Shown here: positions 1-9,217 of the stretch, in pieces
Layout: each line of letters starts with the position of its first letter
How positions within the stretch are numbered: the first letter of the stretch is position 1
Assembly (NCBI GenBank): GCA_964524895.1
Contig: CAZGFG010000004.1
Location: 20,469-79,759 of the forward strand
Direction: 5' to 3'
Source: an uncultured Gammaproteobacteria bacterium
GTDB taxonomy: Bacteria > Patescibacteriota > Microgenomatia > Daviesbacterales > UBA10151
DNA: 59,291 bases
Notes under the pieces: generated by a model
Told to the model about the DNA's origin: nothing
What the model saw: only the letters and a program-made list of their open reading frames with translations
The model's database searches: none
Translations under genes and position numbers: made by a program

Positions 1-50
1 TTGAAGCTTAAGAGAATAAAGCTCTTAATTTAGAGGTCCATAAGGGTTTG

Positions 51-79
51 TTGATTAAACTTATTAACTAGTATATAAT
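51..79 (+). promoter_or_regulatory. sigma70-type promoter (TTGATT-N17-TATAAT)
   Basis: -35 at 51-56, -10 at 74-79, 17-bp spacer; followed by an imperfect hairpin (~88-131) before the ORF at 139. Confidence 0.7.
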
Positions 80-138
80 ACCAACAGCAAAGATATAGAT
101 ACCTCTTTCTCTGTCCGGTCTATCTATCTTTTAATTAT

Positions 139-369
139 ATGGATAATCTCTGCATACAATGTGGTAAACCCAGAATAGACGGTAAAACTTGGAAGGAAAA
201 AGTTGGAGCTTTTGAAGTTACCAACACCCAAACTATTTGCCCAGACCCTGCTTGTCAAAAATTAGTAGATAAAGCCATCAGTGACAGAAAAGCCAAAATG
301 CAATCCTTAATCAAAGAAAAAGAGGCCCGTTTAGCCAAGGCCAAGTTAGCTTCAGTAACCACTGCTTAA
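139..369 (+). CDS. small hypothetical protein with putative Zn ribbon and basic coiled-coil tail
   Basis: CIQC and CPDPAC Cys pairs; promoter upstream. Confidence 0.65.
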   Translation: MDNLCIQCGKPRIDGKTWKEKVGAFEVTNTQTICPDPACQKLVDKAISDRKAKMQSLIKEKEARLAKAKLASVTTA

Positions 370-401
370 TCCGTTTTCACTACATCTGATATAATCCCCG
401 C

Positions 402-881
402 GTGGGGAAAATTATTTCTAAAGGAATTAAAAATATAGTTGCCAAACTTAAGATTCAGGGAAAAAAGATAGTAATTGTAGGAGGGTGTTTTGACCTACTG
501 CACCCCGGTCACGTTATTTTTTTGGAAAAGGCTAAAGCTAAAGGAGATTTTCTGATAGTTTTGTTAGAAAGCGATGAAAGTGTTAGGCGTAAAAAAGGAA
601 AGGGAAGGCCTATCCTGTCTCAAGCAGACAGGGCTAAAGTTTTATCGGCTCTGAAGGCAGTAGATTTGGTGATAACTATACCCGTCTTAGAAGACCTGGG
701 GTATGACGAACTGATAAAGCAGATCCAACCTGATATAATTGCCACTTCCTCACAAGATCCAGGGATCAAACATAAAAAACGCCAAGCTCAAATGATAGGA
801 GCCAAACTAATTTGCGTAACTGCCAAAATTGAGGGTTATTCTACCAGTAATATTATTCAACAAACCAGGAATTTAGGTTAA
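402..881 (+). CDS. cytidylyltransferase/adenylyltransferase family protein (RfaE-II/TagD/RibL-like)
   Basis: GGCFDLLHPGH (HxGH), KG.GRP and YSTSNII motifs. Confidence 0.85.
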   Translation: MGKIISKGIKNIVAKLKIQGKKIVIVGGCFDLLHPGHVIFLEKAKAKGDFLIVLLESDESVRRKKGKGRPILSQADRAKVLSALKAVDLVITIPVLEDLGYDELIKQIQPDIIATSSQDPGIKHKKRQAQMIGAKLICVTAKIEGYSTSNIIQQTRNLG

Positions 882-985
882 ATAAGCCTTTTCTTCCCGT
901 AATCTTACCTTCTTCTACTGCTGTTTTAATCCGGGCTGGGTAAGATTTTGGTTGCAGAATTATTCTCCAGGGAGGAGGTGAGAGT

Positions 986-1237
986 ATGGGGATACTAACC
1001 TGGCTGGTGCTGGGGTTAATTGCCGGAAGTATAGCCAATTTGCTGGATCCAAGGCCTTCAACAGGAGGGCTGCTTGGGTCAATCGTACTGGGAATTTTGG
1101 GGGCTTTGATAGGTGGCTTCCTGGGCAATCTGGTTTTTGGAATTGGAATTACCGGCTTTAACTTAAGCTCGGTAATTATTGCAGCTTTAGGTTCTTTGTT
1201 GCTGCTTTTTGTAGCAAGGGCATTTAGAAGAGCCTAA
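986..1237 (+). CDS. GlsB/YeaQ/YmgE family transglycosylase-associated membrane protein (copy 1)
   Basis: Gly-rich hydrophobic 83 aa with W.ILGLIAG and GALIGGFL pattern; SD GGAGGTG upstream. Confidence 0.9.
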   Translation: MGILTWLVLGLIAGSIANLLDPRPSTGGLLGSIVLGILGALIGGFLGNLVFGIGITGFNLSSVIIAALGSLLLLFVARAFRRA

Positions 1238-1268
1238 AAAAAGGCCCCGCTTGGGGCCTTTTTCTTTT
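1236..1268. terminator. bidirectional intrinsic terminator
   Basis: AAGGCCCC-GCTT-GGGGCCTT flanked by A and T runs, between convergent genes. Confidence 0.9.
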
Positions 1269-1273
1269 TAAAT

Positions 1274-1912
1274 TTATTGATGTTCCAGCCTATTGACATC
1301 TCTGATTACCAAGAATCTACCCATTTTTTCTATCAGACCCTTTTTTTCTAATTTTTTCATCTCCAGACAGGTAGTTTCGCGGGTTAAGCCTGAAAGTGTA
1401 GCAATATCTCTGTGGGTTAAAGGCAGTGTTAATACTACATTGCTGCCATGTTTTTCCCCAAAACTCTGGGCGCAAATCAAAAGAGAAGAAGTGACTTTTT
1501 CAAAGGCCCGGCTGACCATTAGATATTCCATCCGCCCCAGCAGATTTTTAAATCTGATTAAAATATCCGTAGTAAGCTCATAGAAAATATCAGGGTTGTT
1601 TTTTAAGAAGTAATTAAAGCGTTCTTTGGAGGCAGAGTAACTTTCCAAAGAAGTAACTGATTCAAAATAATAGTTATTTTGTACCTCTATACCGGCGGTG
1701 ATGGGGAAGAGGTCAAAAGGTTTTAACAGGGCAACTGTCAGTTCTTCACCTGATTCGGAAATTGTGTATGCCCGGGCAAAACCGGATTTAATCAAAAAAA
1801 CTATCTGATTTTCATTGTCTGGATGCAATATAATTTGTCTTTTCTTAAAATTACTTATGTTTTGGGAAATAAAAAAGTCCTCTAACTTGTTTCTGCTAAG
1901 AGGGGTTATCAT
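1274..1912 (-). CDS. Crp/Fnr family transcriptional regulator
   Basis: cNMP-binding-like N-terminal domain and C-terminal HTH LTHRDIATLSGLTRETT. Confidence 0.92.
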   Translation of the reverse strand: MITPLSRNKLEDFFISQNISNFKKRQIILHPDNENQIVFLIKSGFARAYTISESGEELTVALLKPFDLFPITAGIEVQNNYYFESVTSLESYSASKERFNYFLKNNPDIFYELTTDILIRFKNLLGRMEYLMVSRAFEKVTSSLLICAQSFGEKHGSNVVLTLPLTHRDIATLSGLTRETTCLEMKKLEKKGLIEKMGRFLVIRDVNRLEHQ

Positions 1913-1914
1913 AA

Positions 1915-1932
1915 TTGTAATCTTACTTACAA
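1915..1932. promoter_or_regulatory. Crp-like palindromic operator TTGTAA-N6-TTACAA
   Basis: perfect 6-6-6 palindrome 3 bp upstream of the Crp/Fnr start codon, overlapping its probable -10. Confidence 0.6.
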
Positions 1933-1995
1933 ATTGTAAGGAATAGGGTTCTAAAATTTACAAAAAAATGTAAGAGATTAGATTTATCAGCCGTT

Positions 1996-2964
1996 ATGGT
2001 ATATAATTCATACCTTATTATGCATTTTCATCAAGAAATGGGTCTCAATCAAGAGCTGTTACAGGAACATCGACTTATACGCAAGACTATTTTAACTGCT
2101 GCTAAGGTGCAAGCTGGTATTGATAGAGGTGATTTACCTGCTGATCAGGTGCCTTTTTCGGTAAGGGCAGAGCCTTACCAGTTGATTATGAAACGGAGGC
2201 CTAATCCAAGAGATGTTGAAAGAGAGTTTGTTTTAGAAGCGCTCGATCCTAAAAGAGGACAAATTGGTCTTGAAATTGGTTCTGGTGGAGGTTTTTTAAC
2301 AGAAGCTTTGGTTAGAGCTACAGGGTCTACGGTGTTAGGAGTAGACCCTAGCTTTAGGCAACAGGGTTATTTGAATGAAATCACCCGTGAGTTGGAAGAG
2401 CCATATAATCGCTTGATATTTCCAATCTCCGTCCCACCTGATAGCCAAGGGCTTGTTAACTTTCTCCGTTACCTACGCTACGTTGAGAGGATAGATTATG
2501 CTACAAGTTTGGCCGCTTTGCACCATGTTGCAGACCAGAGGGAGCTTTTTAGAAACTATGCAGAAGTTTTAAAAGTGGGTGGGGTTGTCGTGGCGGCAGA
2601 TGTGGCCAAGGATACTAGACTCTGGAGAATGTTCACGGAATTTTTACCAAAATATGTAGTAGGAGGACATGAGGGTACTTATCTAAATAAAAAGAAGATA
2701 AAAGAGCTATGCGTAGGCACACCATTTGAGATAGAAGAAATTGAGGAAAGAGTCATGAAATGGAGACCATTTGAAGGAGAGGAAGATATGGCGGCCTTTC
2801 TTGCAGGCCTGCACGGTTTAAATTTGCCTTTTAAAGAGATAGCAAAAAGGGTCAGAAGATATTTGGATTTTGGGTATGATGAAGTAACGGGTCAGGATAC
2901 CCTCTATTGGGATAGTTTAATACGTTTTAAATTAAGAAAAACTAGAAAATGGAGTCAATCCTAG
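1996..2964 (+). CDS. class I SAM-dependent methyltransferase (start may be ATG 2020)
   Basis: LEIGSGGG motif I, ATSLAALHHV, LKVGGVVVAAD. Confidence 0.8.
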   Translation: MVYNSYLIMHFHQEMGLNQELLQEHRLIRKTILTAAKVQAGIDRGDLPADQVPFSVRAEPYQLIMKRRPNPRDVEREFVLEALDPKRGQIGLEIGSGGGFLTEALVRATGSTVLGVDPSFRQQGYLNEITRELEEPYNRLIFPISVPPDSQGLVNFLRYLRYVERIDYATSLAALHHVADQRELFRNYAEVLKVGGVVVAADVAKDTRLWRMFTEFLPKYVVGGHEGTYLNKKKIKELCVGTPFEIEEIEERVMKWRPFEGEEDMAAFLAGLHGLNLPFKEIAKRVRRYLDFGYDEVTGQDTLYWDSLIRFKLRKTRKWSQS

Positions 2965-4118
2965 AGAAAATTCATCGAGCTACTTTAAAGTTCCTAACAC
3001 CTTTAACACCGGACGAAACTTATACAATTGTTGGTCAGGAAGCTCAAAAACTTGTTGGGGGGGAGCATAGTACTATTTATCTTCTCGAAGATAGAGAATT
3101 GGTAAGAGCTTATTCTTCGCTTCCGTCTTTATTTAGAATTTCCGGCAAGGAGAGAGACATTAGATATGATGTAATCAAAAATAAAAAACCTGCAATTTTA
3201 AGCTTGAGTTTTATGAAAAAGCTAAAAAAGAAGTATCCATTTATGGGAAAGGTATATAATCGCTCGGCTCTGATGATACCACTTTCTTATAAACATGAAA
3301 CAATAGGATTGCTCTCTGTCCTAGCCTTAAAAAATACTGACTTTACTGAAGACAAATTGGAAATCTTAACATTATTCGGATCTTTAGCTAGCTTAGCAAT
3401 AAAAAAAAACCAACTCTATGATGAGACGAAAAAGGCTTTAGAGGTACGTGACCTATTTATAGCCATGGCTGCTCATGAGTTGAGGACTCCGCTTACATCA
3501 GTGAACGGTTACATCCAACTTTTATACTCCAAGCTTTCCGGAGCTGAAACCCCTGAATCAAGGTGGATTGAACAACTTTATTGGGAAGGTAACAGATTGA
3601 CAAACTTAGTAAATGAACTATTGGAGATGAATAGAATCAAATCAGGAAAACTTTCTTATTACTTGAGGGAGTGTAGCTTACGGGAAATTTTTTCTCGATT
3701 GGAAAAGAATTTTCTAATGCTCCACCCGGACCGTAAATTAATAATACAAGATGAAATAGGTAAAAGTTCGGATATTGTAATAGGGGATTATGAAAAAATC
3801 ACTCAGGTCTTCTCAAATCTTATTGATAATGCTGCAAAATTTTCTCCCGAGCATAGCCCTGTAAAAGTAATAATAAAACAAGATGATAATGATTTTATAA
3901 TCCGAATTGTTGACCAAGGAAAAGGGATACCCCAAAAAGATATTAATAAGGTCTTTCAAGGTTTTTACAGAGGTAAAGAGCAGACTGAAGAAGGTATGGG
4001 AATGGGCTTATTTTTAGTAAAAGATATAGTTAGTCGATTACATGGTAATATCAGAATAGAATCGAAACTAGGTGGCGGAACTGTTGTAGAGGTAAAATTA
4101 CCCAAGCAAAACTTATAA
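2949..4118 (+). CDS. GAF-domain sensor histidine kinase (cytoplasmic)
   Basis: AAHELRTPLT H-box, NLIDNAAKFS N-box, DQGKGI, GMGMGL G-boxes. Confidence 0.95.
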   Translation: MESILEKIHRATLKFLTPLTPDETYTIVGQEAQKLVGGEHSTIYLLEDRELVRAYSSLPSLFRISGKERDIRYDVIKNKKPAILSLSFMKKLKKKYPFMGKVYNRSALMIPLSYKHETIGLLSVLALKNTDFTEDKLEILTLFGSLASLAIKKNQLYDETKKALEVRDLFIAMAAHELRTPLTSVNGYIQLLYSKLSGAETPESRWIEQLYWEGNRLTNLVNELLEMNRIKSGKLSYYLRECSLREIFSRLEKNFLMLHPDRKLIIQDEIGKSSDIVIGDYEKITQVFSNLIDNAAKFSPEHSPVKVIIKQDDNDFIIRIVDQGKGIPQKDINKVFQGFYRGKEQTEEGMGMGLFLVKDIVSRLHGNIRIESKLGGGTVVEVKLPKQNL

Positions 4119-4138
4119 GTGGAAAAAAATTTTGATTT

Positions 4139-4810
4139 CTACTCCTTTATCATATACCCAAAGCCTCGGACAGAGTGAAGAAGCTTTTTAGGGGCATTTC
4201 CGTCAACCTTTTTCCTCAAATACCCCATATAAACATCCACCACCCGAGTTTCAATATCCTGGGAATATAACCAAACCCTATTCAATATCATCTCCCGAGT
4301 TAGTATTCTACCTTTATTATTCATCAAATACTGCAACAATTTAAATTCTTGAGGAGTAAGCTGGATCAGTTTTGTTCCTCTTTTAACCTCCAAAGTTTTA
4401 TCATTTAACTCCAAATCCCCAACTTTTAACATAGCTTCCCCGTTCATCCCCTCCCGCAGCCTGGTTTTAATCCTTGCAAGCAGCACATCTGCTACAAAAG
4501 GCTTGGTTATATAGTCATCCGCCCCCAAATTAAGCCCTTGGACAATATCGGAAACACTATCCTTGGCAGTCAAAATTATGACCGGTAGGTCAGGGTATTT
4601 TTTCCGGATCTCCATGCAAACCGATTCACCACTCATATTTGGTAACCCCAGGTCTAAAAGCACCAAGTCTGGGAGCATTTTTTCCAATGATCCTAGCGCA
4701 ATGATTCCGTCCCCGGCTGTTTGGCTAACATAGCCATTGTCCATTAACAGCTCCTTTAAGTACTTTTGGAGCCCATGGTCATCTTCCACAATCAAGATTG
4801 ATTTTGCCAT
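4139..4810 (-). CDS. OmpR/PhoB family response regulator
   Basis: IVEDD, LLDLGLP, DDYITKPF, C-terminal SVRGFGY. Confidence 0.95.
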   Translation of the reverse strand: MAKSILIVEDDHGLQKYLKELLMDNGYVSQTAGDGIIALGSLEKMLPDLVLLDLGLPNMSGESVCMEIRKKYPDLPVIILTAKDSVSDIVQGLNLGADDYITKPFVADVLLARIKTRLREGMNGEAMLKVGDLELNDKTLEVKRGTKLIQLTPQEFKLLQYLMNNKGRILTREMILNRVWLYSQDIETRVVDVYMGYLRKKVDGNAPKKLLHSVRGFGYMIKE

Positions 4811-4970
4811 GCGGCCAATTATAACAGCGTTATTAAAATTTTCTCAAGCCCTTGTGCCTATTTCTTGCGTGTTTCTTACATAAAAATTAATAGTTAAATT
4901 AGCCTTTCTTTCTCGATTCTTACCTGATTTTATTTTTTATCTTATCCGGATTGATTATGATGCGCCTATC

Positions 4971-5222
4971 ATGAATATCCTGGCTTGGATTATCTTTGGA
5001 CTGATAGCAGGGGTAGTAGCAAACATTTTAGACCCCTCTCCTTCAAAAGGCGGAATAGTTGGAGCTATGATATTGGGGATTGCCGGAGCCTTAATGGGAG
5101 GTTTCTTGGCAAATATTATATTTGGTTTTTCTATTACCGGTTTTAACCTCACCTCTTTTATTATCGCTATTTTAGGCTCACTTCTGCTTCTGTTTTTGGG
5201 CAGAGCAGTTCGGGGAACATAA
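4971..5222 (+). CDS. GlsB/YeaQ/YmgE family membrane protein (copy 2)
   Basis: clear paralog of 986..1237. Confidence 0.9.
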   Translation: MNILAWIIFGLIAGVVANILDPSPSKGGIVGAMILGIAGALMGGFLANIIFGFSITGFNLTSFIIAILGSLLLLFLGRAVRGT

Positions 5223-5264
5223 TATGAAATATACTGATACCTTTCTATGCAAGATTTGGAATTT

Positions 5265-5430
5265 AGCTGATTACAGACGGTAGGTTCCGGCAGGCGGCTA
5301 AGTCCAGATCTTACCTTACAAACAGGTTTGGGGGTAGGTATTCCAAGAGAAGACCTAGATGCTGCCTAGCCTAAGTCTAGAGATTGAAGCTTTCTACAGG
5401 CTCTCTCGGTCCTACCCTACAACTGTTATT
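5265..5430. ncRNA. candidate structured RNA made of two related tandem hairpins, family unknown
   Basis: hairpins closed by GGTAGG/CYTACC (5279-5315 and 5321-5427), each containing CTAAGTCYAGA and followed by YTACAA. Confidence 0.35.
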
Positions 5431-5442
5431 ATTTTATTAATC

Positions 5443-5643
5443 ATGGCATATCAACATACCAATTCAAAAGGACAGACATATTTTCTACACAGTAAAGATG
5501 TGACTCTTCGTGGAAGCGGCAAAAGACAAACTATCTATTTTTTTAGTAAAAGTGCTGGAGATGGAGAGTTGGAAGAGCTTCCATCGGGTTACCAAGTAGT
5601 GGAAAGCCAAAGAACCGGTTTACCGGTTTTAAAAAGGAGTTAA
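5443..5643 (+). CDS. small hypothetical protein (66 aa, MAYQHTNSKG...)
   Basis: protein-like sequence starts at ATG 5443; the in-frame extension from 5359 runs through the hairpin. Confidence 0.7.
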   Translation: MAYQHTNSKGQTYFLHSKDVTLRGSGKRQTIYFFSKSAGDGELEELPSGYQVVESQRTGLPVLKRS

Positions 5644-6410
5644 GAAACTATTAGAAGCCAAAAAGCTGCGGCTAAAATGATCCTATAAATTCCAAAGACA
5701 ATAAAGCTGTGGTTTTTTAAATAATGCAGAAATAGCTTAACTACAAACAAGGCTACAATAAAGGAGCCCACAAACCCCACTGCCAGCAAAGCATATTCAT
5801 ACGAGGAGAAGGCAAACTTACTTTTAACAAGGTCGAGGATTGTTGCAGCCAGCATAGTGGGTATTGCTAAAAGAAAGGAGAATTGAGCAGCAGTTTGTCT
5901 CGTTAATCCCAGCGACAACCCTCCTAATATAGTGGCTGCCGAACGGGAGACTCCCGGAATCATAGAAATAGATTGGAATACTCCAATTAAGAAAGCCTTT
6001 TTATTGCTGATTTCCTCCAGATTATCTACATGATGTTCTTTTTCTTTGTAAATTATCTCGAAGGCAATTAAGGCCACACCTCCTAAAAATAGGGCATAGA
6101 GGGTAACCAAAACATTTCCCAGTAAAAAAGTTTTGATTATTTTATAAAAAATTAAACCCAAAACTGCAGTTGGTAAAAAAGCAATCAAAATTTTTTTCCA
6201 AACAACAATCTTTTTGAGGGAGTTAAAGTAGAGGACTACGACAGAAAGTATTGCCCCCAGTTGGATAGCAATTTCAAAAGTTTTTACAAAATCCGTTTGG
6301 GCAATTTTTAATAAATCGGATGTAAGGATTAAATGCCCGGTAGAAGAGATAGGTAAGAACTCACTGATACCCTCTACTACGGAGAGTATGAGGGCCTGCA
6401 GAAAGTTCAT
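5640..6410 (-). CDS. uppP: undecaprenyl-diphosphate phosphatase
   Basis: VEGISEFLPISSTGH and PGVSRSAATI motifs. Confidence 0.96.
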   Translation of the reverse strand: MNFLQALILSVVEGISEFLPISSTGHLILTSDLLKIAQTDFVKTFEIAIQLGAILSVVVLYFNSLKKIVVWKKILIAFLPTAVLGLIFYKIIKTFLLGNVLVTLYALFLGGVALIAFEIIYKEKEHHVDNLEEISNKKAFLIGVFQSISMIPGVSRSAATILGGLSLGLTRQTAAQFSFLLAIPTMLAATILDLVKSKFAFSSYEYALLAVGFVGSFIVALFVVKLFLHYLKNHSFIVFGIYRIILAAAFWLLIVS

Positions 6411-6499
6411 GAGACGAGTGTATCAGGTCGGGTTGAGTTGGACAAGAATTAATACTCTATGCTAAGCTGTTTCTCGAACCCTTTTTGCTATACGTTTAA

Positions 6500-7153
6500 A
6501 TGAAGATTAGATTATTTTTCTTTCTCACAACCCTCTTTTTTCTATTTGTTTTTACAGTTTTTTCTTATTCGGTGGCCAAAGAGCATTGGCAACAAATAGA
6601 CTTTGATACAACCGTTAAATTGCAAGACCGCATCCCCCGAAAATTTGACAAATATTTTTCCTATTTCTCAATTCTCGGAAGTGCCGAAGTGACTCTAATG
6701 ATTACTTCAATTCTCGCGGGAGCCTTTTTACTGAAAAAAAGATGGCTGTCTATTTTTGGCTGGATGATGATTATACCTGCTTCCTTGGCTGAGGTTTTTG
6801 GAAAACTGGTACTTTACCATCCCGGCCCGCCGGTCTTATTCCACAGAAGCCTGATTGAGACACAGTTACCCAGCTTTTATGTCCATACAAACTTTTCTTA
6901 TCCATCCGGTCATATGACTAGGACGGTTTTCCTTCTGACAGTTTTAACCCTGCTGGCTGTGTTTTCCAAGACTGATTTGTCTTTTAAGGTGATAATTGTA
7001 CTGGGACTTGGTTTCCTGTTTTTCATGATGACACTAACCAGGGTTTATCTGGGTGAGCATTGGTTGTCAGATGTGATTGGGGGAATAATATTAGGGATTG
7101 CTTTTGGATTTTTTGCAACGGTTTTCATTCTTCCAAGAAAGCGGCCTTCCTAA
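6500..7153 (+). CDS. PAP2 family membrane phosphatase
   Basis: SYPSGH and RVYLGEHWLSDV motifs. Confidence 0.9.
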   Translation: MKIRLFFFLTTLFFLFVFTVFSYSVAKEHWQQIDFDTTVKLQDRIPRKFDKYFSYFSILGSAEVTLMITSILAGAFLLKKRWLSIFGWMMIIPASLAEVFGKLVLYHPGPPVLFHRSLIETQLPSFYVHTNFSYPSGHMTRTVFLLTVLTLLAVFSKTDLSFKVIIVLGLGFLFFMMTLTRVYLGEHWLSDVIGGIILGIAFGFFATVFILPRKRPS

Positions 7154-7231
7154 GATATTGCACCCAACTGGATCTTTGTGTAAGATAGCATCACTCCTAG
7201 ATGGAGAAAAGTGCCCGGGGGAGGTGATATT

Positions 7232-7474
7232 GTGAGCAGAAACGTTACCGTTGTAGTTATTATTTTGGTTTTAGTAGTTATAGCTGGGTATCTGGTTTGG
7301 GTGAGAAATAGGGTACAAGCTCCAGTTTCACCGGAATCCACACAGATAGAACAGCAGCTAGAGGCTTCTCCGAGTAGTTCGCCTGAAGGATCGGCGAGCC
7401 CTTCCGCCTCGCCTGCGGAGACAACCGGCTCCGCCACTCAGAAAAGTTCAACTTCTAGTTCAAAAACTAGGTAA
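7232..7474 (+). CDS. membrane-anchored Ser/Pro-rich hypothetical protein
   Basis: SD GGAGGTG before GTG 7232; one TM helix then a low-complexity tail. Confidence 0.65.
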   Translation: MSRNVTVVVIILVLVVIAGYLVWVRNRVQAPVSPESTQIEQQLEASPSSSPEGSASPSASPAETTGSATQKSSTSSSKTR

Positions 7475-7513
7475 GGGTTGATAGGTTTCCTGGTCGTACG
7501 GAGAGCTTAGGAT

Positions 7514-8476
7514 ATGGAACAAGTCAAAGTTGAGAATTTGATAATAATCGGGTCTGGCCCGGCAGGGCTGACAGCCGCAATCTATGGTGCCCGTGGAGGA
7601 TTAAATCCCCTGGTGGTATCCGGGAGGCAGGCTGGAGGCCAATTGATGCTAACAACGGATGTTGATGATTTTCCGGGTTTCCCGGAGGGTATCCAGGGAC
7701 CGGATTTGATGGCAAATATGCGCAAACAGGCCCAGCGCTTTGCCACACGTTTTATAGACGAAGACGTTATATCGGTTGATTTAACGGGCAAACCCTTTTC
7801 TGTCGCAACAGAAAGCCGGAAATTAAAGACTAACTCGCTGATTATAGCCACCGGAGCTCAAGCTATGTGGTTGGGGTTGCCTTCCGAACAAAGACTGATT
7901 GGTAAAGGGGTATCTGCTTGTGCCGTTTGCGACGGGTTATTTTTCAAGGATAAGCATGTAGCCGTTATTGGGGGAGGGGATACAGCCATGCGCGAAGCCC
8001 AATATCTTTCCAAGGTTTGTCGTCAGGTTACTATTATTCACCGTCGCGATAGCCTGCGGGCTCAACCGGCGCTGCAACAGACAGTCAAGTCAAAGCCCAA
8101 TATTGACTTTATTTGGAACGCGGTAGTGGAGGAGATTTTGGGAGAGGAGAAGGTAACCGGAGTTAGGATAAAGGATCTAAAAAGTGAAGAAGTGAAAGAT
8201 ATCCAGCTTGATGGGGTGTTTGTAGCAATAGGCCACAAACCAAACACGGCCTTTTTAAAAGGGCAGATAGAATTGGATGAAAAAGGTTATATTGTAGCCA
8301 AAGGGGAAACCCAAACTTCAGTGGAAGGGGTATTCCACAGTGGTGATGTTTCCGATATCAGGTATAAACAAGCGGTGACAGCTGCCGGAGCAGGTACTAA
8401 AGCGGTTTTTGATGTTGAGGAATATTTAGAAAAAGTGAAATTGCCTACAGCAGGGGAGGTTAATGATGGCATATAA
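7514..8476 (+). CDS. trxB: thioredoxin-disulfide reductase
   Basis: GSGPAG, CAVCDG, GGGDTA motifs. Confidence 0.96.
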   Translation: MEQVKVENLIIIGSGPAGLTAAIYGARGGLNPLVVSGRQAGGQLMLTTDVDDFPGFPEGIQGPDLMANMRKQAQRFATRFIDEDVISVDLTGKPFSVATESRKLKTNSLIIATGAQAMWLGLPSEQRLIGKGVSACAVCDGLFFKDKHVAVIGGGDTAMREAQYLSKVCRQVTIIHRRDSLRAQPALQQTVKSKPNIDFIWNAVVEEILGEEKVTGVRIKDLKSEEVKDIQLDGVFVAIGHKPNTAFLKGQIELDEKGYIVAKGETQTSVEGVFHSGDVSDIRYKQAVTAAGAGTKAVFDVEEYLEKVKLPTAGEVNDGI

Positions 8477-8945
8477 TATTCCTATGTTTACTGGATTGAT
8501 CAAACTTCTGCCTGCAAAAGAAGTTTTTGCCCACTGCGATATTCCTTGTGGGATTTATGATCCGCATGAAATGCAATTGGCGGCCCATACAATCTTAAGA
8601 ATGGTTAATCTGATAAATGAAGCCGGTTCAGATGTTCATAAGGTTGCCAGGCTGACTAAAGTGAAGGAAGAACATGCAGAGAAAGTAAAGCATGAAGTAA
8701 GGGTTATTTGGGGAGATTATTTTAAAGAAGAGCACTTAAAAGATTATCCAAACCTGCATGAGTTGGTTTTTAGGATTATGAAACTTGCTTCTAAAGCCAA
8801 ACAAGAAGTTAGTGTTGAGGCAGCCGATGAGCTTTTAGAAAATACTCAAAAATTTGCCGAGATTTTTTATAAGACGAAAGGATTAGAACCGATTAGAATC
8901 AAATCTCCTTATCCGACAGCAGGTGAAATTGTTTCTTACAAGTGA
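8463..8945 (+). CDS. sodN: nickel superoxide dismutase precursor
   Basis: Ni-hook HCDIPCGIYDP after a short pro-sequence. Confidence 0.95.
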   Translation: MMAYNIPMFTGLIKLLPAKEVFAHCDIPCGIYDPHEMQLAAHTILRMVNLINEAGSDVHKVARLTKVKEEHAEKVKHEVRVIWGDYFKEEHLKDYPNLHELVFRIMKLASKAKQEVSVEAADELLENTQKFAEIFYKTKGLEPIRIKSPYPTAGEIVSYK

Positions 8946-9217
8946 AAGTATTTCCTCTCTCCCGTTTTATAGTCCAAGGCCACAGTATGCTGCCGGTCTT
9001 AAAGCCCGGACAAAACATTCTGGTTTGGCATTGGTTTTTAATGCCCAAAGCAGGAGATTTGGTGGTTTTTCAAAAAGAAGGCAGAAGTATTGTTAAAAGG
9101 GTAAAGGAGATAGAAGATAAAAAGCTATGGGTAGCAGGGGATAATGCTGGGGATAGTAAAGATTTTGGTTGGCTTAACAGATCAGAGGTTCTGGGCAAAG
9201 TTGTCTGGATAGGTTAA
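8942..9217 (+). CDS. sodX: NiSOD maturation protease (S26 family)
   Basis: GHSMLP, IVKRV, GDN..DS; overlaps the sodN stop. Confidence 0.88.
   Translation: MKVFPLSRFIVQGHSMLPVLKPGQNILVWHWFLMPKAGDLVVFQKEGRSIVKRVKEIEDKKLWVAGDNAGDSKDFGWLNRSEVLGKVVWIG

Noticed and set aside
1941-1955. GGTTCTAAAA motif as another att-like site
   Set aside because: It lacks the downstream tRNA-like ...GCAAC segment and is likely chance in AT-rich DNA.
5265-5430. Assignment as 6S, SRP, RNase P, c-di-GMP-I or cobalamin RNA
   Set aside because: Only fragments resemble these (GCAGCA, CUAAG, CAACUGU); order and core motifs do not fit. Left as unknown.
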